A DNA stretch of 64,000 bases from Phycisphaerae bacterium (GTDB taxonomy: Bacteria > Planctomycetota > Phycisphaerae > WQYP01). A model generated the notes under the pieces. The model made no database searches and had not been told where the DNA came from. It saw nothing but the letters and a program-made list of their open reading frames with translations. Positions 29,126 through 37,912 of this stretch are shown piece by piece. Each line of letters begins with the position of its first letter. Position 1 is the first letter of the stretch. The stretch lies in assembly GCA_035504095.1 (NCBI GenBank), contig DATJSN010000001.1:54519-118518 (forward strand), given 5' to 3'. Position numbers and translations under genes: made by a program.

Positions 29126-30787
29126 TTAAAAGCCGAAGGCGATCTCAGCAGTCACACCGCTGAAGCGTGGATTGTCGGAGGCGACAACACCGCTCACCAT
29201 ACCGGTGTCGGGGGCAAAGTTATAATACTGCTGATAGACGTACTCTACTTTGGTGAGAATACTCTTGGTCAGCCAGTAGCCGCCGCCAACCTGAACGCGT
29301 CCGACCCAGCCATTGGTGTCGACGCCATGAACAGCACCGGCATAAGCAAAACTATATTGTGCCGCCACATACAATGGAGCGGTGATATGGTAAGTCGCCA
29401 TGGCCTGCCCATAAAGCCACCGTTCGTCGTAGGCGGAGTCCTGGGTCCATCCGACATTTCCATACATTTCCCACGGCCAGTGGTTCCAGGTTATATCACC
29501 CTGATAAGCCTGAACATCGAGTCCGGCTTCAGGTGTGATCTGGCCGCCATCATCACCGGCATTGAAAATGCCGTTATAAGGTTCGCCACTGCGTGTGGAG
29601 GCATACAGATCCGTGATCTGATTATCGGTAGCGAGATCTTCGGCGTTAGCAGTGCCTCCGAGGTCGCAATAGTATACGGAAGCCGATAGCCGTAAATCAT
29701 TGCCGATATAGCCCCAAACTTTGCCGTGAACAGCAGGATTGCTGCCATAATCAAAGTAGCCGGTAGTAGTGCCGTTGCTAAATCCAGCCAGCCAGTATAT
29801 GGGACCTTTGACGGAGTAGAGTTCGAAACCGATTTGTTCTGCGCTGGGATCCACCACGGCGTTTCCAATCAATGGGTTAAGCTCAACGAAAGCGTTGTTC
29901 GACCGGTGGAAGTTTTGATCACCGAAGTCGATGTCAAATGCACCGGCTTTGAGATTGATATAGTTAAAGATATCTCCAATTGGACCGCCGGCGAAAGGAG
30001 GGGGCAATTGTTTAATGATCAAATAACCCTGGTCGCCATACGTCGTGCTGGGGTGCCCAACGCTGGATAGGTACAAATCGAAGAAGACATCCAATTTCCC
30101 GGGAATGGTTGCCAGAAAATCGAGATTGCCATAGGCCGTTTGGAAGCCCGGATCTAAACCAGGATACTCTACTGCGGGCATTGGAGGAGTGTGATAAGCG
30201 GCTTGCTGGGTGAGTGCCTGATAACGGCCGACGGTTTGCACGCCTATGTAAAATCGCATGTCCCCGAGCTGGCCTATCTGCATGTTCATATCAGGCCGAA
30301 TGTGTGAGGGATTCTGGTTTTCGAAAGGCGAAAAATAGTTGATGCCAGTTGGAGGAGTAAACATGTTCTGAAACGTCTCGGAAATGTTATTATCGGTAGG
30401 ATGTTCGGCAAGGTCCGCCGAAATCGTTTCGGAGTTGGACATGACCTCTTTGTAAATCGAATCAATGGCTTTGGCCTGGGCCTCGGCCGTGGCCTGAGCT
30501 GTGGCCTGGGATTCCGCTGTCGTGGCATTTTGCGTTTTTAGAACGGCGATCTGCTGTTCCAGGCTTGCCTCCGTAGCCTGGCTGGCGGCCTGGTCTTTTT
30601 TGAGAGCGGCCAACTGCTGCGCCATTGCCTGCATCTCGGCTTGTACTGCTGTGTTGCTGGTTGTTGTGGTGGTTGCGGCTGAAGTTGAGCTTGAATTTGC
30701 AGCGGCGGTATCGGCCCATAATGCCGGCACCGGCAAAGTTACGGCTGCAAGTGCGATACACATAGCCATTTTTTGTTTGAATGTCAT
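29126..30787 (-). CDS. Outer-membrane beta-barrel (porin-like) protein with an N-terminal coiled coil
   Basis: Signal peptide. Ala/Gln-rich heptad segment 'AVQAEMQAMAQQLAALKKDQAASQ...'. Gly/Tyr-rich alternating strands. C-terminal '...AEIAFGF' ends in Phe as in OMP beta-barrels. Confidence 0.5.
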   Translation of the reverse strand: MTFKQKMAMCIALAAVTLPVPALWADTAAANSSSTSAATTTTTSNTAVQAEMQAMAQQLAALKKDQAASQATEASLEQQIAVLKTQNATTAESQATAQATAEAQAKAIDSIYKEVMSNSETISADLAEHPTDNNISETFQNMFTPPTGINYFSPFENQNPSHIRPDMNMQIGQLGDMRFYIGVQTVGRYQALTQQAAYHTPPMPAVEYPGLDPGFQTAYGNLDFLATIPGKLDVFFDLYLSSVGHPSTTYGDQGYLIIKQLPPPFAGGPIGDIFNYINLKAGAFDIDFGDQNFHRSNNAFVELNPLIGNAVVDPSAEQIGFELYSVKGPIYWLAGFSNGTTTGYFDYGSNPAVHGKVWGYIGNDLRLSASVYYCDLGGTANAEDLATDNQITDLYASTRSGEPYNGIFNAGDDGGQITPEAGLDVQAYQGDITWNHWPWEMYGNVGWTQDSAYDERWLYGQAMATYHITAPLYVAAQYSFAYAGAVHGVDTNGWVGRVQVGGGYWLTKSILTKVEYVYQQYYNFAPDTGMVSGVVASDNPRFSGVTAEIAFGF

Positions 30788-31503
30788 AATCTGGTTCCTT
30801 TCACTTCTTTAAAGGTCAACCGCCCGGGGGATGCACACGCATCGCCACATCACATCGAGCCAAGATTGTGAAACTTTTCACATACGATTTCATTAATTAG
30901 CACCTGCCATTCATTTAGTAATCCACAAGTACCGTTGAATCCCGGACAATGGCTGCTAGCCATGAAATTCAACTTAACCTGAGTGTTCTGATGGCTCGGT
31001 AACTGTTTCATGTAATATCTAATCGCATATTTGGGGCGATGCCGCGATGGGTGGGACCATGATTTAGATGTAAGAATTGTTCCAGCGCGACATCGGAGAA
31101 TTACCTATGACGAGGAGACGGGGTACAGGCTATAGGCCACAGATTGAGAAAGAGGACAAGGGATAGGGAGATTACAAAAGCTTTCCCCAACGAGGATCAA
31201 TGATGGTGCCGACGCCAAAGATATTTACCGATTTTGCTTTACGTTGGGCTGAGTGTCCGGCATTTGGTTGTGTTGAATGTTTGCGATGCGAGCGCCCGCG
31301 GGAGTGAAGCGCCCTGTGGGGGAGGGTTTTAATGACGCCGGAGCCATGCAGTGCATGGGATGGTCGGCGCCGAATAAAATGGACCTTTTTTGCCATAAGG
31401 CGCACGCCATTTCTCTCGAACACTATTGAATTATCGCATGAAGATAACGGCAGGTTTATCAGAGGGGGCCACGCTTGGGGCGTAGGTTATTTCCCGATGC
31501 GGC

Positions 31504-32649
31504 CTAGCCTTTTCGGCCCAGACGGAACGAATGCTCGCGGCCAATCGTGCAGGTCACCATGGAGCCTCCGCCTTTGCGGGGCATGACCGCAAAGGTTCCG
31601 CCGATGACCCTGGCTCGATAATGCATGGTCTGAAGTCCCATACCCGCCGCGGGCGGTTTGTTTCGCCCGCTGTCTGCAGGTCCCTGCCTGACACTATCGG
31701 CCGCTGCTTCGGACATTCCCTTTCCGTTATCAGCTACGGAAAGGACAATGAATCCGCTATTTTCGGTCAGATTGATCTGGACATCACTGGCTTTGCCGTG
31801 CCGTATGGCATTGCTTACGGCCTCCTGAGCGATACGATAAAGATGCGTCGCTGCTGCGTCGCCGCGCACCCGGACCTTGCGGTCCCATTGAAAGGTGCAG
31901 CTTATGCTGAACGATTCGGTGACTTTGACCGCCAGATTTTCCAACGCCGCGGACAGCCCGCCGGCTTTGAGATCGACGGGATTAAGTCCATGGGCCAATC
32001 GACGAGCCTGACCGGCCGCTTCGCGGACCATTGCAGCCAGTTTCGCCATCGACTCTTTATCCGAATCGGCAGGCAGGTTTCGCGCGACGGCTTCTATACC
32101 GAAGGCGATGCCGATCAGGTCTTGGCATAGTCCATCGTGCAAATCCTGGCCGATGCGGCGCTGTTCATTGGCGGCGGCTTCCAGAATCTGTCGTTCCAAC
32201 CGTCGTCGCCCTGTCAGATCGTGTATGATGCCGGTGAATAACCTCTGGTCCTTGAGCCTGACCTCACTGACCGACAGATGCATGGGGAATGTCGTGCCGT
32301 TTTTATGGAGTCCGATCACTTCGCGGCCAATGCCAATGATCTTGGCCCGTCCGGTTCGACAATAATTGCGGATATAACCGTCATGTTCGCCGTGGAACGG
32401 CTCGGGCATCAGCCAGCTGACGTTTTTGCCTACGAGTTCGGCTGAGGAATATCCAAAGAGCTTTTCGGTGGCGGCGTTGGCGGATTGGATCATGCCGCGT
32501 TCGTCGATGGTGATGATCGCATCGGTCGCTGTATCCAATATCGCCTGGAGCAATTGCACACTTTGGTGGTGAACTTCTTCGGCTTTTTTACGTTTTGCAA
32601 CGCTGTGGGAATCAGCCGGTCCCCGCTGAGTTTTTTTCAAAATCGGCAT
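31504..32649 (-). CDS. Cytoplasmic PAS-domain sensor histidine kinase (HisKA_3 type)
   Basis: PAS domain 'LLQAILDTATDAIITIDERGMIQSANAATEKLFGY'. H-box 'QRRIGQDLHDGLCQDL'. HATPase 'LSVADNGKGM'. No TM segment. Confidence 0.8.
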   Translation of the reverse strand: MPILKKTQRGPADSHSVAKRKKAEEVHHQSVQLLQAILDTATDAIITIDERGMIQSANAATEKLFGYSSAELVGKNVSWLMPEPFHGEHDGYIRNYCRTGRAKIIGIGREVIGLHKNGTTFPMHLSVSEVRLKDQRLFTGIIHDLTGRRRLERQILEAAANEQRRIGQDLHDGLCQDLIGIAFGIEAVARNLPADSDKESMAKLAAMVREAAGQARRLAHGLNPVDLKAGGLSAALENLAVKVTESFSISCTFQWDRKVRVRGDAAATHLYRIAQEAVSNAIRHGKASDVQINLTENSGFIVLSVADNGKGMSEAAADSVRQGPADSGRNKPPAAGMGLQTMHYRARVIGGTFAVMPRKGGGSMVTCTIGREHSFRLGRKG

Positions 32650-32718
32650 GTTTGGATTTTAACGAAGACCCTTTAGTGTGACCAGTAAAGGCAATATTGT
32701 TTGCTCGTAAATCCCAGA

Positions 32719-33570
32719 TCATTTCTGAAAATCAGTGGCTAGCGTCACATCGCGCCAGGTTTCGATTTCTTTGCTTAGGGAATTTATTTTTGTCGTCGCA
32801 CGCTGGTAGGCCAGAGCGCCCAGCAACAGATGCAATGGCGGATTTTTGCTGGTGACCGCGTCAATAATGGCTTTGGCGCCGCGCGCCGGATCACCGGCCT
32901 GCACGCCTGCGTTTTCTTTTTGATAATTCAGCGTTTTTTCGGTGATCTGCTGATAATCCGGAAAACGCTTTTCAACCATCGCCAGCGACTCGCCGAGAAA
33001 GTCGGTGCGAAATGGGCCCGGTTCAACGATCGTGACGCCAATGCCCAGCGGGGCAACCTCCAGAGCCAAAGCTTCGGAGAGGCCTTCAATCGCGAACTTC
33101 GTGGCGTTGTAAATTCCCCAGCCGGGCAGTCCCACTAAACCGCCTATGGATGAGAGATTCACGATGTGCCCCCGGCGCTCGCGGCGCATGTGGGGCAGCA
33201 CGGCACGGGTTACGCGTAACAGGCCAAAGACGTTGGTCTCAAAGATTCTGGTAATTTCGGCGTCGCTGGCGCCTTCGAGTGCACCAAGCAAACCATAACC
33301 GGCGTTATTAATTAATACATCGATCCGGCCGAACCGCTGGATTGCCGAATCGACGGTTGCCGCAATTTGGGTGGGGTTGTCGAGGTCCATGGCCGCAGTA
33401 TGCAGGCGGTCCCCGGCATCCGCGAAAGCAGCCCGTACTTTTTCCGGCGACCGCGAAGTGGCCACGACGCAATCACCGCGATCCAGCGCAGCGCGGACAA
33501 GCTCACGGCCAAATCCCTGGGAAGTCCCGGTGATAAACCATGTGCGGCTATTTGAATTGTCTGCTGGCAT
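32719..33570 (-). CDS. Short-chain dehydrogenase/reductase (SDR) family oxidoreductase
   Basis: 'ITGTSQGFG' TGxxxGxG motif, 'NNAGYG', and 'YNATKFAIEGL' YxxxK motif. Confidence 0.85.
   Translation of the reverse strand: MPADNSNSRTWFITGTSQGFGRELVRAALDRGDCVVATSRSPEKVRAAFADAGDRLHTAAMDLDNPTQIAATVDSAIQRFGRIDVLINNAGYGLLGALEGASDAEITRIFETNVFGLLRVTRAVLPHMRRERRGHIVNLSSIGGLVGLPGWGIYNATKFAIEGLSEALALEVAPLGIGVTIVEPGPFRTDFLGESLAMVEKRFPDYQQITEKTLNYQKENAGVQAGDPARGAKAIIDAVTSKNPPLHLLLGALAYQRATTKINSLSKEIETWRDVTLATDFQK
32728..32861. repeat. Second copy of the 134-bp direct repeat (3' end of the intact SDR gene)
   Basis: Direct alignment to 26649-26782 with about 7 mismatches. Confidence 0.8.
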
Positions 33571-33717
33571 AAAAGCTCCTTTAAGACGAGATCATTCTAC
33601 GCATTTTGAAGTTTTAACGCAGAGAACCCCGCGATTTTTAACCACTGATGACACGGATAGAACTTCTCAGTGTTTTGTGTCATTTCGTAGTCAATAACAT
33701 TGTGTCCTTGAATCATT

Positions 33718-34377
33718 GTGGTGACAATATGCCTGAGAAATTTTATGAACCCATTTTCGTGGATTAAATATTCGCTGCACCTTATCCGAGAGCGATATTT
33801 GCCATCTTACATCGTGATCAATTTGCTTTTTTATGGCTGCATCGCGCTGGGAATGGTCTTGATTATGGTTCTACCGAGTCTTCGGGGCTCGACACAGCAA
33901 TCCGTGAAGGAGGCTTTAAATGGACCGGTTTTGGCTCCCGTGCAAAAAATTTACATCAGCGGCAATGTGGTTGCCGCCGCTGCAATTACGTTTGGAGTAA
34001 ATCTGATTCTCGCGACAGCCATGGCGCTCTCGCTGCCGTCGCTGTTTATTCCATTTATTGGAATAGCTATCGGGATGTTACGAGGGCTCTTTTGGGGGCT
34101 GGTATTTGGACCGGCGCCAAACGGCATGTTTGGCCTGCTGGCCACCCATTGGCCGGTGATGGTGCTGGAAGGGCAGGGGTACGTGCTGGGGATGCTCGCC
34201 GTTTATATCCATGGAAAAGGGATACTGCGGCCGGCGAGCGTCGACGCGACGGGCTTTTGGCAGGGATACCGGCGCGGATTCGTTGAATCCATGCGCATGT
34301 ATCCATTAATCGCGCTGGTGCTGGCGATCTCCGCCATCTACGAGGCGGCGGAGGTCATTTATCTAATGCATCATTGA
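33718..34377 (+). CDS. Polytopic membrane protein, hypothetical (SpoIIM/DUF95-like topology)
   Basis: Five to six TM helices. Sits directly upstream of the ECF sigma gene. Confidence 0.4.
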   Translation: MVTICLRNFMNPFSWIKYSLHLIRERYLPSYIVINLLFYGCIALGMVLIMVLPSLRGSTQQSVKEALNGPVLAPVQKIYISGNVVAAAAITFGVNLILATAMALSLPSLFIPFIGIAIGMLRGLFWGLVFGPAPNGMFGLLATHWPVMVLEGQGYVLGMLAVYIHGKGILRPASVDATGFWQGYRRGFVESMRMYPLIALVLAISAIYEAAEVIYLMHH

Positions 34378-34480
34378 TGAACAAATATTCGCGATATCAT
34401 AAAAACTATTTACGAAGATTTTGTCACACGTACCGGCCCGGAAACGACTAGTTTGCGGAGTCTTTGCTAAGGAGCCGGAT

Positions 34481-35956
34481 ATGACAACCATGCAACTGCC
34501 CAACACGCAAATAAGCGACGCCGAACTGGTGATCGGCTGCCGTAGCGGCAACCGTGAGGCCTTTGGCCATATTGTGCGGCGCTACCAAGGGATGGTCAGT
34601 GGGTTGATCTATGCCGACTGTGGGGACCTGGAACGCAGTGAAGATGTGGCTCAGGAAACGTTTATCTCTGCGTGGAGAAATCTGGGCGAACTCCGCGAAC
34701 CGGCGAAACTGGCCGGCTGGCTTTGTCGGATCGCACGAAACCGTCTGGTGGACCTGACACGAAATAACGCCCGCCATGAGGCTCTGATCGATCAAGTCGC
34801 GGAGCATCAGCGAACCACTACGGAGGCTTATCCGGAACAGGGCGTACTGTCGGATGAAGAAAAAGAATTGCTCTGGCGGACGCTTTCGGCGATTCCGCAG
34901 CCATATCGCGAAACACTGGTGCTCTATTACCGCCAGGGACAATCCACCGCCGAAGTGGCGGCGGCGACGCAGACAACGGAGATCACCGTTCGCCAGCGCT
35001 TGGGGCGCGGGCGGCAAATGCTGCGCGAACAGGTCAACGCCATGGTTGAACGGCAGATTTTGCGTTCGGCGCCGGGACCGGCATTTACGGTTGCGGTCGT
35101 GAGTGCATTGCCGGCGGCGATGGCTCCCACGGTAGCAGGCTTTGGCGCGGCGGCCAAAGGATCGGCGATGGCCAAGGGGACTAGCTGGCTTTTTTTACTG
35201 ACGGCGTGGATGGTTCCGATCCTGGCGCTTTTGACCATGGTCGCCGGAACGTGGCAAACCCTCCGCAACGCCAAGACGTCCGGATTGCGGCGGCTTTTCG
35301 GCTTCTGGTGGGTCATGATGTGGGTACTGGTCATAGGTTGGATAGTCGCATTCAACCTGCTGGTTGCACTGGGAGAATATCAGCATTGGAGTTACCAGGC
35401 TTTTGTAATCATGGAGTCGGCAATGGTCTGTCTTTACGGCGTGGCTGTTACCGGCCTGGCGGCGTGGCTTAAACTGGCCGCCCGAACCACATGGATAAGA
35501 GAAGGATTGCCCAATAATCCCGAACTGCTTCCAAGGCCGAAACTGGGATTCTGGATGCGGTTGCTGGTTTTCGCAGGTCCAACTGCGGCGGGTTTATCAT
35601 GGATGATTGAGATGGCGTTGCGAGCCGGAGACCATCTTTCGGCCGGCATTGTAGCAGCGGTCATCGGAGTCATTTGCCTGTTGAGCGCCTTTCAGAAGCG
35701 TGACCACAAGAAATGGCCCGATCCGGTACAGTCCATGGCGGGATATTTTTCATTGCTGGTTGTTGTGATGCTGGTGATGCTGAACTGGCGGTTGCGTATG
35801 TGGGTCGCAGGGCATGACGGCGTTTCCATCAGTCAGATACAGGGGGAGTTGCCGCTGTGGCCCATCAATTTATTTGCTGTTGTTTTGTTCGTCTGGATGG
35901 CGGCATTGATCAGGTTCACGAAGCGGCCGGGGCAGGAAGGAGGGAATAGGGAATAG
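34481..35956 (+). CDS. ECF (sigma-70 family) sigma factor fused to a C-terminal polytopic membrane domain
   Basis: RBS AAGGAG before the ATG. Region 2 'VAQETFISAWRNL'. Region 4 'STAEVAAATQTTEITVRQRLGRGRQML'. About 8 TM helices follow through the C-terminus. Confidence 0.7.
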   Translation: MTTMQLPNTQISDAELVIGCRSGNREAFGHIVRRYQGMVSGLIYADCGDLERSEDVAQETFISAWRNLGELREPAKLAGWLCRIARNRLVDLTRNNARHEALIDQVAEHQRTTTEAYPEQGVLSDEEKELLWRTLSAIPQPYRETLVLYYRQGQSTAEVAAATQTTEITVRQRLGRGRQMLREQVNAMVERQILRSAPGPAFTVAVVSALPAAMAPTVAGFGAAAKGSAMAKGTSWLFLLTAWMVPILALLTMVAGTWQTLRNAKTSGLRRLFGFWWVMMWVLVIGWIVAFNLLVALGEYQHWSYQAFVIMESAMVCLYGVAVTGLAAWLKLAARTTWIREGLPNNPELLPRPKLGFWMRLLVFAGPTAAGLSWMIEMALRAGDHLSAGIVAAVIGVICLLSAFQKRDHKKWPDPVQSMAGYFSLLVVVMLVMLNWRLRMWVAGHDGVSISQIQGELPLWPINLFAVVLFVWMAALIRFTKRPGQEGGNRE

Positions 35957-36035
35957 GAGTTGGGCACAGATTATAGTGGACAGAGAAAAGGGAATGGAAA
36001 GCGTCGTGACGAGCACGTCGGCTCAATAACAAATG

Positions 36036-36071
36036 AAAAACCGCCGGGTACAACCCGGCGGTTTGTATTTT
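36036..36071. terminator. Bidirectional intrinsic terminator between the convergent ECF-sigma and rpsI genes
   Basis: Hairpin 'CCGCCGGGT-ACAA-CCCGGCGG' flanked by an A-run (5') and 'TTTGTATTTT' (3'). Confidence 0.6.
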
Positions 36072-36099
36072 CAGATAATCCAAATCGAATTTGGATCTT

Positions 36100-36572
36100 T
36101 TAACGTTTGCTGAACTGGAAGGCACGGCGTGCGCCGCGGAGGCCGTACTTCTTGCGTTCCTTCATGCGGCTGTCGCGCGTCAGGCAGCCGGCTTCCTGCA
36201 ACGGCTTGCGCAACGCGGCGTCGTAAAGCGAAATCGCCCGGCCCATGCCCTGAACGATGGCGCCCGCTTGGCCGGTGTGGCCGCCGCCCTGAACGGTGAC
36301 GAAAATGTCGAATTTGCCGGCCATATTGGCCGCGGCAAGAGGTGCATTGACGTATTGGCGATCTTTGGCTTCGGTGAAAAATTTATCGACGTTGCGGTCA
36401 TTGATCAGAAATTTGCCTTCACCAGGCGTGATGCGAACCCGTGCGACCGATTTTTTGCGCCGGCCCGTGCCCCAGTAAAAGGTTTTTCCGCCGACACTCA
36501 CCACGCTGCGCCGGACGACGTTGGTTGCCGGCGTTTCGGCGGCGGGTGCGGAAGTGGTTGTTGATTCAATCA
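36100..36572 (-). CDS. rpsI: 30S ribosomal protein S9
   Basis: C-terminus '...KKYGLRGARRAFQFSKR' and 'GGGHTGQAGAIVQGMGRAI'. Confidence 0.9.
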
Positions 36573-36620
36573 TTAAAAAACCTCGCATATTCATCGGCCG
36601 CAATTTACAGGCCGATATGA

Positions 36621-37100
36621 TCAGAGCTGCAATGCCTCCGGTTGCTGGGCGGAATGGGGATGATCGGCATCGCGATAACATTTGAGTTTGGAGAGCATCT
36701 GCAGGCCCATCTTGGTTTTAGGCATCATACGACGGACTGCCATGCGAAAAAGTGTATTGGGATGATCGGCCAGAAAATCCCGCATCGATTTGACTTTGCG
36801 TCCGCCGGGATAATAGGTGTAGTAATCGTATTCGCGCTGGGCGAGTTTGCGTCCGGATACTTTTAATTTGCTGGTGTTGATCACCACGATGAAATCGCCG
36901 GTATCAACGGTGGGCGTGTAAATCGGCTTGTGCTTACCCATCAGGCGGACGGCCACAGCGCTGGCCAGACGGCCCAGAGTCTTATCGGCAGCGTCCACGA
37001 TGTACCAGCGATTATCGGTATGACCCACGCGGGCCAGCGTAGTGCGCCCGGCAGAACGGGCGATACGACGGGGAGGTTTAATGGTTGCAGTTGCGCTCAT
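36621..37100 (-). CDS. rplM: 50S ribosomal protein L13
   Basis: 'WYIVDAADKTLGRLASAVAVRLMGKHKPIYTPTVDTGDFIVVIN'. Confidence 0.9.
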   Translation of the reverse strand: MSATATIKPPRRIARSAGRTTLARVGHTDNRWYIVDAADKTLGRLASAVAVRLMGKHKPIYTPTVDTGDFIVVINTSKLKVSGRKLAQREYDYYTYYPGGRKVKSMRDFLADHPNTLFRMAVRRMMPKTKMGLQMLSKLKCYRDADHPHSAQQPEALQL

Positions 37101-37204
37101 GTTTTCCTTTAAGTTTTATGGCAATTCACACGGTCTAATTAGTTAAAAACTCGTTTCCTCGACCGCCGTGGGAATCCATAAGTTTACGAAAATGGGGATA
37201 AAAG

Positions 37205-37891
37205 TCAATTCGCCGGCCTTTCGACCGCCGGCTTGACCATTCGGACCGCCATAATCTGAAAACGGCCCTGGAATTTCTCATACGTTTGGGGAGTCAGCAA
37301 ATCCCGGATTTTTTCGGATACCGGAATCTGCAGAATTTTGTCTATTTTAAATCCCGCGTCGTCCAAAGCGATAAAATAATCGCCCGGAGTATGATGAAAA
37401 ATATCCGTCTGCAGGGAGAGAATAGATTCCGGCGGCGAACGCAGTTCATAACCTTCCCACGTCATCGACGCATGTGTAACCGAAATAACCGCCCGTCCGC
37501 CGGGCTTGAGAATCCGGAAAAATTCCTTTATGGGCGGTCCCAGCACCGGCAGATGTTCGGCGACCTGAGCGCATAAAATAGCATCGAATTCCCGGTCGAC
37601 GAACGGCAGCGAGGAGGATAGATCTACGGCGCGGAACTCCACGCCGGGGTTTTTACTTCGCGCCGAAGCAAGCATGTTGGGGGAAAAATCGATTCCCACG
37701 ACGCGTGCGCCGGCCCGGATCAGCGCCGGAATATAACGTCCGGTGCCGCAGCCGGCGTCGAGAATTTTTTCACCCGCCTGGGGAGCGAGCAATGCCAGTA
37801 TGTCGTCGAATTCCAGTTTGGTATGGGGATGTGGATCGGCGTCATATTGATGCGCCCAGCGATCGTAAGCCTGGCGTGTCTTTTGAGTCAT
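37205..37891 (-). CDS. Class I SAM-dependent methyltransferase
   Basis: Motif I 'ILDAGCGTGRY'. Motif post-I 'VVGIDFSPNML'. Confidence 0.75.
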   Translation of the reverse strand: MTQKTRQAYDRWAHQYDADPHPHTKLEFDDILALLAPQAGEKILDAGCGTGRYIPALIRAGARVVGIDFSPNMLASARSKNPGVEFRAVDLSSSLPFVDREFDAILCAQVAEHLPVLGPPIKEFFRILKPGGRAVISVTHASMTWEGYELRSPPESILSLQTDIFHHTPGDYFIALDDAGFKIDKILQIPVSEKIRDLLTPQTYEKFQGRFQIMAVRMVKPAVERPAN

Positions 37892-37912
37892 GGTGGTTCA
37901 CCAGTCGGGAGA

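Noticed and set aside
30480-30760. Short imperfect nucleotide repeats (GCCTGG/GCGGC units) that could look like a repeat array
   Set aside because: They encode the Ala/Gln-rich coiled-coil of the OMP gene. There are no regular spacers, so this is not CRISPR.
31531-32130. 199-aa plus-strand ORF
   Set aside because: Antisense to the PAS histidine kinase gene. No independent support.
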